Positions 16,217-25,140 of a DNA stretch of 64,000 nt are shown piece by piece. The stretch's first letter is position 1. Each line of letters begins with the position of its first letter. The stretch is taken from assembly GCA_963735115.1 (NCBI GenBank), contig CAVTJR010000003.1, forward strand, positions 1,096,641 to 1,160,640. Direction: 5' to 3'. The stretch comes from an uncultured Actinomycetota bacterium. Its GTDB lineage: Bacteria; Actinomycetota; Acidimicrobiia; Acidimicrobiales; Bog-793. The notes below the pieces were generated by a model that saw only the letters and a program-made list of their open reading frames with translations, did not search any database and was not told the origin of the DNA. Made by a program: the position numbers and the translations under genes.

Positions 16217-19200
16217 GAGACCTGAACCCCCGAGACGAGATGGCGGTCGGTGTAAGTGCCAGTGGCGGCGGTGAAGCCGAGATAGACGTGCTTCGGCAGC
16301 CTCAGCTTCGTGGCGAGGAGCGTGAAGCCGTCGAGCTCCACGGTCACCGTCCCCCCGGCGATGGTGACGGTCACCTGCAGGGGGAGGCGGCGAAGGGACG
16401 AGCTGCTGTCGATGAGCTGGCGCCACACGAGAGCGGTTCCCCCGGCCGTCGAGGTGACGACACCGATGGAGTTGCGGTTCGGGTTCTGGGCGCTTGGAGA
16501 GCTCTGGAGAGCCACCGCCACCGCTGGTAGCCCGGCGAGACCGAGCCCCGGGCCGTCGAGGCCCGCACGGCCGGGTGGGGAGCGGCCGCTCACGAGCGCA
16601 AAGGTGAGCCCGCTGCCTCCGCTGCCTCCGGTCATGTCAGCCGTGAACGACGCCCGCAGACCCACGGGCGCGATCGGCTCGGACCAGAACGCCGCCCCGG
16701 CGGCGTCTGCGCTCGCCGGCGTGAGCTGCAGGTACCCGTGGCTTCGCGACGCTCGGCCGCTCAGGTGCCAGCCGGGCCGTAGCGGCGACGGAAGCCGGTG
16801 CTCCCTGGCGCCAGTCCCGGTGAAGGTCACGGTTTGCAAGCCTGAGCCGTCGTCGCCGTTGATCACCCAGGTGGCAGAGGCTCTGCCGGCTCGCTCGGGC
16901 GAGAAGCGCACTGTCTCGACGAGGGCGTGGTGGGCCGCGATCTCGCTCCCTTCCGGCAGGGAGGTCACCGGGGAGAACCCGTCGGCGACGGGGGGCTTGG
17001 ACTTGTTGATGGCGAGCGGTGTCCCCCCCCGATTGCCCACCGTGAAGCTCACGATGCCGCTCTGGCCGATGGCCACGGTGCCGACGTTCAACTTGAGGGA
17101 ACTGATGGCGATCTGCGGAGGAGGCGCCGCCTGCCCCTCGAGGGGGACGGTGGCCTCTCCGACGCTCGTCGTGACCACGAGATGGTCGCTGAAGGTCTGT
17201 ACGAAGTCCCCCGAGGTGGCGGGTGGGGTGAAGTCGACCGGCACGCTCAGAGAGGCTCCGGCCGCCAGGATCTCAGGTGGCGCAAAACCGTTGGCGAGAG
17301 AAAAGGGAGCGGGTGAGCCGGATTCGATGCCGACCGAGTCGACCGTGAACGACGACGGGGACGTGTTCTTGAAGGACACCGTTTCGACGACGGGCCCGCC
17401 TCCGATCGGCTGGATCCCAAAGCTCACCGACGGCGGCGTGGCCGCGATGGGAACGCCTTCGGGTATGCCCCTTCCGCTCAGGCGTACCGACACGGTCCCG
17501 AGGTTGGTCGTCAGCGTCAACGTGCCTTCCTGCCCGCCGACGATCTCCGGCACGAACTTGACCGGCAGGCTGATGCGCTTGCCGGCGGTGAGGTGCAGCT
17601 GCTTGGAGAGCGGCGGGGTGCGAAACGCTCCCGACGCGCCAGCCGTCGACACGCTGACCGAAACGCTCCGGACCGTCACCGGGCCGGAGGCGCTCAAAGT
17701 GGCGGTGGTCTCGGAGCTGGAGCCGAGGACGGTGTCGGCCGCCTCGACATTGGCGCCGGTGAGCGGTGGCGCGTTCTTGCGCGGACCGAAGGCGAGGACC
17801 TGTCCGTCGTAGTTGGCGACATAGATGCGCCCTTGATACGCGAGGGGAGGGTTGAACTTCGTCGAGTTGCCGACGCTGCCCTCCCACAGCAGCGGCAGGC
17901 TGGCGGCCGGTGTCGTGCTGTTGCCTGCCACCGGCACCGCCCCGAGGGCCATCAGCTTGGCGCTGTTGCCCGTGCCCGTCCGCACGACCTCCCAGACGAT
18001 GGCGCTGCCGGCCTGCGAGCGGTCGGAGGTGACGATGGGGGCGCTGCTGCCGAAGGGATTCTCGGGACCCGTGCCGACCCAGTTGAGCGACACCTGCCCG
18101 TCGGTGACGACCCGCTGGTAGACGTCGAGCTCGCCGGTGCTGGCCGCCGCCGTCGAACCGGCGCTCGCCGTTGTGATGTAGAGGTAGCCGCCGTCGCCCG
18201 GCCAGGCCGCCGGATGGGACCAGACGCCACCGCGCGGGCCTGTCTCGCTCACGACGTCGTCGAGATCGCTCGGCGGCCCCTGATCGACCCCTCCGAGATC
18301 GTTCCGGTTGAGGAGGTAGACCTCGCCTGACTTGCCGACCTGGACGAGCAGGTCGGGCTCGCTCGGGGTTCCGAACGACGCCGGCAGCCCGATGGGCGAT
18401 CCGGACCCGAGGTCGCCGTCGTAGGTGTTTAGGGCGGCGGCGTCCGACGGGCAGAAGTAGTCGGTCAGCTGCAGGTGGGCACCGCCGGTGGAGAGCTTGA
18501 TGACGCATTCGCCCAGGCCGGCGGGCTCGGGAACGTCGAGACCGGGGCCTGGCGAGGGTGTGCCGCCGTTGCCCGTGGCCACATAGAGGTTGCCCGAGTT
18601 GTCGACGACAATGCCTCCTGGGCCCCAGATGCCACCGCCGTCGGCGCTGTCGGTGGTCTCGTCGACCCACATGTCGTTCAAGACGCCCGTCGATCGCACG
18701 CCGGCGATCCAGCCGTACCAGGTCGACTCGTCGCAATGAGCGCCGAAGGCGGCATACACCTCACCGTTGACGAGGGCCAGACCGGGGCGCTGCATCTGGT
18801 ACACCGGGTTGAACGTCGGGTCGAAGCTGTCGCCGAGCAGGTTGGTGGCAGCGCCCTCGATGGCGACAGGGAATTTCGCCATCTCCGTGCCGGTGGCGAG
18901 ATGGACGGCCTGCATCTGCCAGAGGGCACCGCCGTCGGGCGTCGCCGTGTCCGTCGTGAAATACGCCACCCCCGTGGCGGTGTCGACGACCGGGGTGCCG
19001 GTGATACCGACGGTTGGCGCCAGGTCTCCGCAGTTGATCGTGCTCGACTGCCAGGCCGGCCCGAAGTTGCGGGACCACTCGACCGCCCCCGTGCGCGGGT
19101 TGAGGCCGTAGGCGTTGTCGTCCTCGGTCGCTACGAGCAAGATGCCGTTCGCGACGATCGGCTGGGCGTAGATCTCGCCGGGTGCGACCCCGTCGACCTT

Positions 19201-19470
19201 CGGAAGTGTGATGTCGAAGAGCTGACCGAAGTCCTTGTTGTTGACCTGCGCCGGTGAGATGGCGGCATGCGGATACCAGTTCGTGCCCAACTCGTCGGCA
19301 TCGGCACCCACCACCGAGGAGCCGGCGGCGGTAGACGGTTTCGCGGCGGAGCCGGCAGCCAACTGTGGAAGGACGGCGATCTGCAGAGCCGCCACGATCG
19401 ACAACACCAGACCAGCCCGACCTGCGCGCCAGCGGGCGGCGCCAGCACAGGCAGGGTCGACTGATCGCAT
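16207..19470 (-). CDS. large secreted protein: PQQ-like beta-propeller + Ig-like (choice-of-anchor-D-type) domains + C-terminal L-type (legume-like) lectin domain
   Basis: Start at ATG 19470 with GGAGGGA upstream, followed by a signal peptide. Propeller repeats (AQPIVANGILLVAT..AYGLNPRTGAVEWS). Three Ig-like modules. C-terminus YLQLTPA..AGAAFW..FTADM..GLTFALV..YLGFTAATG. Confidence 0.8.
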   Translation of the reverse strand: MRSVDPACAGAARWRAGRAGLVLSIVAALQIAVLPQLAAGSAAKPSTAAGSSVVGADADELGTNWYPHAAISPAQVNNKDFGQLFDITLPKVDGVAPGEIYAQPIVANGILLVATEDDNAYGLNPRTGAVEWSRNFGPAWQSSTINCGDLAPTVGITGTPVVDTATGVAYFTTDTATPDGGALWQMQAVHLATGTEMAKFPVAIEGAATNLLGDSFDPTFNPVYQMQRPGLALVNGEVYAAFGAHCDESTWYGWIAGVRSTGVLNDMWVDETTDSADGGGIWGPGGIVVDNSGNLYVATGNGGTPSPGPGLDVPEPAGLGECVIKLSTGGAHLQLTDYFCPSDAAALNTYDGDLGSGSPIGLPASFGTPSEPDLLVQVGKSGEVYLLNRNDLGGVDQGPPSDLDDVVSETGPRGGVWSHPAAWPGDGGYLYITTASAGSTAAASTGELDVYQRVVTDGQVSLNWVGTGPENPFGSSAPIVTSDRSQAGSAIVWEVVRTGTGNSAKLMALGAVPVAGNSTTPAASLPLLWEGSVGNSTKFNPPLAYQGRIYVANYDGQVLAFGPRKNAPPLTGANVEAADTVLGSSSETTATLSASGPVTVRSVSVSVSTAGASGAFRTPPLSKQLHLTAGKRISLPVKFVPEIVGGQEGTLTLTTNLGTVSVRLSGRGIPEGVPIAATPPSVSFGIQPIGGGPVVETVSFKNTSPSSFTVDSVGIESGSPAPFSLANGFAPPEILAAGASLSVPVDFTPPATSGDFVQTFSDHLVVTTSVGEATVPLEGQAAPPPQIAISSLKLNVGTVAIGQSGIVSFTVGNRGGTPLAINKSKPPVADGFSPVTSLPEGSEIAAHHALVETVRFSPERAGRASATWVINGDDGSGLQTVTFTGTGAREHRLPSPLRPGWHLSGRASRSHGYLQLTPASADAAGAAFWSEPIAPVGLRASFTADMTGGSGGSGLTFALVSGRSPPGRAGLDGPGLGLAGLPAVAVALQSSPSAQNPNRNSIGVVTSTAGGTALVWRQLIDSSSSLRRLPLQVTVTIAGGTVTVELDGFTLLATKLRLPKHVYLGFTAATGTYTDRHLVSGVQVSYP

Positions 19471-19664
19471 TCTCGAGTGTTCCCTCCGCGTGAGCCAGCC
19501 CTTGCGAATACTCGGCAACCGTAGCTGGAGGGTCAGCCCATCGCTCTTGTCCACCGCTGGTGCCCACGGCGCAACGACCGAGCGAGGGGAGAGGACGTGT
19601 CAACAAGCCGGGCCGAGCCCGCCTCTAGCCATGCCGGCTTCGCCTCCACCGATAGTCTCTCAGC

Positions 19665-20642
19665 GTGGAGGCGGCACCGTTCGCGTCTGACGAGACCGGG
19701 CGGCTCTTCGCGTTGCAGGAGCTGCGGTTGTTGGACACAGCACCTGAGGCGCGGTTCGACCGCGTCGTGCAGCTGGCCGCTCGTCTCAGCGGCGCGCCGA
19801 TCGGCATCATGAGCGTGGTCGCCGAGCGGCGGATCTTCTTCAAGTCGGCCTACGGTGCGAAACCCGCCGGCATTTCACTCGGCCAGCCACCGCGCGAGTA
19901 CTGGTTCTGCTCTCACATCGTCTCCTCCGGTCGTCCTCTCGTGGTGGCGAACGCCCGGGCGGACGAGCGTTTCCGGGACATCACGTCCGTCGTGTCCGAG
20001 CCGGGGCTCGTCGCCTACGCCGGCGTCCCCATCCACGCTCCAGGCGGCGAGATCATCGGGGCCCTCGCCGTGTTCGACATGGCGGAACGGCAATTCTCAG
20101 AGTCGGAGGTGGCGGTTCTCACCGACCTCGTCGCCCTCATCGAGGCGGAGCTGTCCCCTTTGCCCTATGTCACGACGGACGCCCTCACGGGCGCCATGAA
20201 CGCCCGCAGCTTCGAGCGGGTCGGCAACCGCATGCTGGCATTCAGCGATCGCCGTGCCCTCGGCTCGGTCATGCTGCGGGCGGACGTGGCGGGTCTCGAC
20301 CACGTCAACCGCACACTCGGTTCCGACGTGGGCGATCGCCTCCTCGCTGAGGCGGGCCAAATGCTGCAGCACACGGTCCGCGGATCCGACTTGCTCGCAC
20401 GTATCGACTCCGACGAGTTCGCCATCCTCCTCATCGGCGCCGACACCAACGCTGCCCGCCTCGTCATCGACCGCATCGTCGTGCATGCGCTCGAGTACAA
20501 CCGCAGCTCGGGCAACCCCTACACCCTGGCCTTTCACCTCGGAGGCGCCGTGCACGTGCCGGGGGAGGCGGCCGACGTCGCCGGCCTCCTCGTCACGGCG
20601 GCGCCGCAACGGCAGGCCGCTCCCGGCGCCGCCATCGTCTGA
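19665..20642 (+). CDS. GAF-GGDEF protein with degenerate active site (DSDEF) and retained RxxD I-site
   Basis: N-terminal GAF pattern. DALTGAMNARSF start of the GGDEF domain. RGSDLLARIDSDEFAILL in place of RxxD-x5-GGDEF. Confidence 0.85.
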   Translation: MEAAPFASDETGRLFALQELRLLDTAPEARFDRVVQLAARLSGAPIGIMSVVAERRIFFKSAYGAKPAGISLGQPPREYWFCSHIVSSGRPLVVANARADERFRDITSVVSEPGLVAYAGVPIHAPGGEIIGALAVFDMAERQFSESEVAVLTDLVALIEAELSPLPYVTTDALTGAMNARSFERVGNRMLAFSDRRALGSVMLRADVAGLDHVNRTLGSDVGDRLLAEAGQMLQHTVRGSDLLARIDSDEFAILLIGADTNAARLVIDRIVVHALEYNRSSGNPYTLAFHLGGAVHVPGEAADVAGLLVTAAPQRQAAPGAAIV

Positions 20643-20809
20643 GGTAACGGGGGCGATGGCGCTTGCCGGCGTCGGCGAGCCGGCGCGCCGTTGCCCTCTC
20701 GGGGATCCGGCCCCGGCGTGGGCGCCCGCTCCCTCCAGGTTGCTTTCAGCGGACGCGGCGCTGTACGCGGCATGATCGCGAGAGCGCAGCGCCGATCGGA
20801 GGAGATCGA

Positions 20810-22174
20810 TTGAGGAAGGGCCCGGCTCGACTCAGCATTCACAACTTGGAAGGCCTCGTGGCCGAGGACGACGTCGATACCGTTCTCGTCGTCTTCACCG
20901 ACATGCAGGGCCGCCTGCAGGGGAAGCGCTTCGACGCCCGCCACTTCCTCGGCGAGGTCGTCGAACACGCCACCGAAGGGTGCAGCTACCTGCTCGCCGT
21001 CGATGTCGACATGAACACCGTGGCGGGCTACGAGATGTCGTCCTGGGACACGGGCTACGGCGACTTCGTCATGCAGCCCGACCTGAAGACGATGCGGGCG
21101 ATGCCCTGGCACGAAAAGACGGTGGTCTGCCAGGCCGATCTTCGCTGGGAGGACGGCGCCCCCGTGGCGGCCGCACCGCGGCAGATCTTGCTCGAGCAGG
21201 CTGCTCGACTGGCCGACCGAGGTTGGACCGGCCTCGCCGGCACCGAGCTCGAGTTCATCGTGTTCGAGAACTCCTATGAGGACGCCTGGGACCGCGGCTA
21301 CCGCGGCCTCACCCCGGCCAACCGCTACAACGTCGACTACTCGATCCTCGGCACGTCTCGCCTCGAGCCCCTCCTCGGCCGCATCAGGCGGGAGATGACC
21401 GATGCCGGCATGTGGGTGGAGTCGGTGAAGGGGGAGTGCAACCTCGGTCAACACGAGATCGCCTTCCGGTACGACGAGCTCATCCCGAAGGCCGACGAGC
21501 ACGCCTTGTTCAAGACGGGCACGAAGGAGATCGCCTCACAGGAGGGGTGCTCCATCACTTTCATGGCCAAGTACAACGAGCGAGAAGGCAACAGCTGCCA
21601 CATCCACGTCTCGCTCCGCGACGCCGACGGCGTCCCGCTGTTCGCCGGCGCCGGCAAGCACGGCATGTCGGAGCTCTTCGAGCAGTTCCTCGCCGGCATG
21701 CTCGCCTGCACGGGCGACCTCACGCTGCTGCTCGCCCCCAACATCAACAGCTACAAGCGTTTCGCCGACGGCTCCTTCGCTCCTACGGCGCTCGCCTGGG
21801 GCCGGGACAACCGGACGTGCTCGTTCCGCGTCGTCGGCCACGGTGAGGCGATCCGGGTCGAGTGCCGCGTGCCAGGCGGCGACGTCAACCCCTACCTCGC
21901 CATCGCCGCTCTTGTCGCCGGCGGCGTGCACGGGGTCGACAACGCCCTCGTGCTCGAGCCGGAGTTCGTCGGCAATGCCTACACCTCGGCGGCTCCCCGG
22001 CTGCCGAAGACGATGCGGGAGGCGGCGGATCGTTTCGCTGCCAGTGCCATCGCCCGCGAGGCCTTCGGCCAGCGCGTCGTCGAGCACTACGCGAACATGG
22101 CAGAGGTGGAGATGGCCAACTTCGGCTCGAGCGTGACGGACTGGGAGCGCTATCGCTCGTTCGAGCGGATGTGA
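20810..22174 (+). CDS. glutamine-synthetase-family gamma-glutamyl-amine ligase (GlnA-like)
   Basis: TTG 20810 with GGAGGAG 5 nt upstream. GS motifs NSCHIHVSL, NSYKRF, and GRDNRTCSFRV. Confidence 0.85.
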   Translation: MRKGPARLSIHNLEGLVAEDDVDTVLVVFTDMQGRLQGKRFDARHFLGEVVEHATEGCSYLLAVDVDMNTVAGYEMSSWDTGYGDFVMQPDLKTMRAMPWHEKTVVCQADLRWEDGAPVAAAPRQILLEQAARLADRGWTGLAGTELEFIVFENSYEDAWDRGYRGLTPANRYNVDYSILGTSRLEPLLGRIRREMTDAGMWVESVKGECNLGQHEIAFRYDELIPKADEHALFKTGTKEIASQEGCSITFMAKYNEREGNSCHIHVSLRDADGVPLFAGAGKHGMSELFEQFLAGMLACTGDLTLLLAPNINSYKRFADGSFAPTALAWGRDNRTCSFRVVGHGEAIRVECRVPGGDVNPYLAIAALVAGGVHGVDNALVLEPEFVGNAYTSAAPRLPKTMREAADRFAASAIAREAFGQRVVEHYANMAEVEMANFGSSVTDWERYRSFERM

Positions 22175-22184
22175 GGGCCGTGTC

Positions 22185-23552
22185 GTGAGCATCACCCGTG
22201 ACGTCGTCAACCCGTCCGACGAACAGATCATCGCCCATATCAGCCTCTTCGAGCTCGAAGAAGCCGACGCAGCCATCGCACGCGCCGCCGTCGCCCAGAA
22301 GGGCTGGGCCGCACTCGCTCCGGGGGATCGCGCCCGGCTGCTGCGGCGAGCGGCCGACGCTGTGGACGGCGCCCGCGAGGAGCTTGCCCTCCTCGAGGTC
22401 CGAAACTCCGGTCACACGATCTCGAACGCCCGCTGGGAGGCGGGCAACGTCCGCGACGTGCTCGCTTACTACTCCGGGGCACCCGAGCGCCTGTTCGGCC
22501 GGCAGATTCCTGTCGGGGGCGGCGTCGACGTCACCTTCCGGGAGCCGCTCGGCGTCGTCGGCGTCATCGTTCCCTGGAATTTCCCCATGCCCATCGCCTC
22601 CTGGGGGTTCGCACCGGCATTGGCAGCCGGCAATGCCGTCGTCCTGAAGCCGGCCGATCTGACGCCGCTGACGGCCATCCGGATCGGCGAGCTTCTCCTC
22701 GAGGCCGGTATCCCCGAGGGCGTCTTCCAGGTGCTGCCTGGCCGGGGGAGCGTGGTCGGATGGCGCTTCGTCACGCACCCGCTCGTCCGCAAGGTGTGCT
22801 TCACGGGCTCGACCGAGGTGGGCAAGCGCATCATGGCCGGCTGTGCCGAGCAGATGAAGCGCGTCACCCTCGAGCTCGGCGGCAAGAGCGCCAACGTCGT
22901 CTTCGCCGATGCCGACCTCGAGCGAGCGGCCGCCACGGCACCGGCGTCCGTCTTCGACAACGCCGGGCAAGATTGCTGCTCCCGATCCCGGCTCCTCGTG
23001 GAGGCGAGCGTGCACGATCGCTTCCTCGAGCTGCTCGAGCCGGCCGTGCGAAACTTCCGCGTGCTCGATCCCAGCGACGAGACGAGCGAGATGGGCCCGC
23101 TCATCAGCGCCGAGCAGCGCGCGGCGGTAGCGGCATACGTCCCCGAGGGCGCCCCCGTGGCCTTCGCGGGCACGGCGCCGTCCGGTCCGGGGTACTGGTT
23201 CCCACCCACGGTGCTCGCCCCCGTGGCGCGGGATTCGGCCGCCTTCCGGGAGGAGATCTTTGGGCCCGTCCTGGCGGTGATGCCCTTTGAGGACGAAGCC
23301 GATGCCATCGAGATCGCCAATGACACGCCCTACGGGCTGTCGGGCTCGATCTGGACGCGAGACATCGCCAAGGCCTTCCGAGTTGCCCGCGGGATCGAGA
23401 CGGGCGCCCTCTCGGTGAACTCGCACTCCTCCGTGCGCTACTGGACACCCTTCGGCGGCTTCAAGCAGTCTGGACTCGGCCGCGAGCTCGGACCCGACGC
23501 CCTCGACGGGTTCACCGAGGTGAAGAACGTCTTCATCGCCACGGCTGACTGA
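22185..23552 (+). CDS. NAD(P)-dependent aldehyde dehydrogenase
   Basis: VTLELGGKSA, catalytic Cys region FDNAGQDCCSRSR, PYGLSGSIWT. Confidence 0.9.
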   Translation: MSITRDVVNPSDEQIIAHISLFELEEADAAIARAAVAQKGWAALAPGDRARLLRRAADAVDGAREELALLEVRNSGHTISNARWEAGNVRDVLAYYSGAPERLFGRQIPVGGGVDVTFREPLGVVGVIVPWNFPMPIASWGFAPALAAGNAVVLKPADLTPLTAIRIGELLLEAGIPEGVFQVLPGRGSVVGWRFVTHPLVRKVCFTGSTEVGKRIMAGCAEQMKRVTLELGGKSANVVFADADLERAAATAPASVFDNAGQDCCSRSRLLVEASVHDRFLELLEPAVRNFRVLDPSDETSEMGPLISAEQRAAVAAYVPEGAPVAFAGTAPSGPGYWFPPTVLAPVARDSAAFREEIFGPVLAVMPFEDEADAIEIANDTPYGLSGSIWTRDIAKAFRVARGIETGALSVNSHSSVRYWTPFGGFKQSGLGRELGPDALDGFTEVKNVFIATAD

Positions 23553-23617
23553 CCCGACCGGTCGGGCCGAGGGGCGGCGGCACACTCGCGGATCACGACG
23601 ACAAGGAGCCAGGCACA

Positions 23618-24382
23618 ATGGGACGCCTCGACGGCAAGGTTGCAGTCATCACGGGAGCCGCCAGCGGCATCGGCAAGGCGAGCGCCAAGCGCTTTGCCGC
23701 CGAGGGGGCCAGCGTTGTCGTCGTTGACCTGGTCGACGAGCCGGGCGAGTCCCTCGCAGCCGAGATCGGCGGTCTCTACATCCATGCCGACGTCACCGAT
23801 GCGGGTGAGGTCGAGGCCATGTACGACGCCGCCATCGAGCGGTTCGGCACCCTCGACGTCTGCTTCAACAACGCCGGCATCTCCCCGCCCGACGACGACT
23901 CCATCCTCGAGACAGGGATCGAGGCGTGGAACCGGGTTCAGCAGGTCAACCTGACGAGCGTCTTCCTCTGTTGCAAGGCTGGCATCGCCCGACTGCTCGA
24001 GCATGGGGGCGGCAGCGTCATCAATACGGCCTCCTTCGTCGCCATCCTCGGGGCGGCCACCTCGCAGATCTCCTACTCGGCCTCGAAGGGCGGAGTGCTC
24101 TCGATGTCGCGAGAGCTCGGCGTGCAGTTCGCCCGCCAGGGGGTGCGGGTGAACGCCCTCTGCCCCGGGCCGGTCAACACGCCCCTACTGCAGGAGCTGT
24201 TCGCCAAGGATCCGGAGCGGGCCGCCCGCAGGCTCGTGCACGTCCCGATGGGTCGCTTCGGCGAGCCGGAGGAGATCGCGGCGGCGGCTGCCTTCCTCGC
24301 CTCCGACGACGCCTCGTTCATCACCGCCGCCACCTTCCTCGTCGACGGCGGCATCTCCGCCGCCTACGTCACGCCCCTGTGA
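23618..24382 (+). CDS. short-chain dehydrogenase/reductase
   Basis: TGAASGIGKA, NNAG, YSASK. AAGGAG-type RBS upstream. Confidence 0.9.
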   Translation: MGRLDGKVAVITGAASGIGKASAKRFAAEGASVVVVDLVDEPGESLAAEIGGLYIHADVTDAGEVEAMYDAAIERFGTLDVCFNNAGISPPDDDSILETGIEAWNRVQQVNLTSVFLCCKAGIARLLEHGGGSVINTASFVAILGAATSQISYSASKGGVLSMSRELGVQFARQGVRVNALCPGPVNTPLLQELFAKDPERAARRLVHVPMGRFGEPEEIAAAAAFLASDDASFITAATFLVDGGISAAYVTPL

Positions 24383-25104
24383 GCGCCCGGCCGATCATCG
24401 GGATCACGGCCTACGAGGAACAGGCCCGCTGGAACCAGTGGGACAAGCGCGCCAGCCTGCTGCCGGCGAGCTACGTGCACTCGGTCGAGGCCGCCGGAGG
24501 TCTTGCGATGCTCATCCCGGTTCAGGAGCTCTCGGTCGAGGACGCCCGGCGGCTGCTCTCGCGCCTCGACGGCGTCGTCCTCTCCGGCGGCCCGGACGTC
24601 GACCCGGGGCGCTACGGCGCCGACGCCCACGCCGCCACGAGCGTGCCGCGGAGCGAGCGGGACGAGCTCGAGGCGACCCTCGTCGAGGCTGCGCGGCGTG
24701 AGCAGCTGCCGACGCTGGCGATCTGTCGGGGCCTGCAGGTCCTGAACGTCGCCCGCGGGGGCACGCTCCTACAGCACCTGCCCGACGTGGTGGGGGACGC
24801 CAGCCATGCTCCGGTCGCCAACGATCACGGCCTTCACGACGTGCGCGTGCAACCGGGGACGCTGCTGGCCAAGGCCGTCGGCTGGGAGCGCTCGGGCGTG
24901 CCGACGGCGCACCATCAAGCCATCGACCGGCTGGGCGAGGGCCTCGTGGCTTCCGCCTGGGCGGACGACGGGACGATCGAGGGCGTGGAGGACCCCTCCA
25001 TCCCGTTCCTCCTCGGGGTGCAGTGGCATCCGGAAGCGGGCGACGATCTCAGCCTGTTCCATGCCTTGGTCGACAGTGCGATGTCCAGGTCACACGTCGT
25101 CTGA
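24379..25104 (+). CDS. class-I glutamine amidotransferase-like gamma-glutamyl hydrolase (PuuD/peptidase C26-like)
   Basis: GTG 24379 overlaps the SDR stop (GTGA). AICRGLQVLNVARGGTL (Cys nucleophile), GVQWHPE. Confidence 0.85.
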   Translation: MSARPIIGITAYEEQARWNQWDKRASLLPASYVHSVEAAGGLAMLIPVQELSVEDARRLLSRLDGVVLSGGPDVDPGRYGADAHAATSVPRSERDELEATLVEAARREQLPTLAICRGLQVLNVARGGTLLQHLPDVVGDASHAPVANDHGLHDVRVQPGTLLAKAVGWERSGVPTAHHQAIDRLGEGLVASAWADDGTIEGVEDPSIPFLLGVQWHPEAGDDLSLFHALVDSAMSRSHVV

Positions 25105-25140
25105 GTCGTTCCGCCTCCGCCGGCGTCAGTGCTGCCGGCG

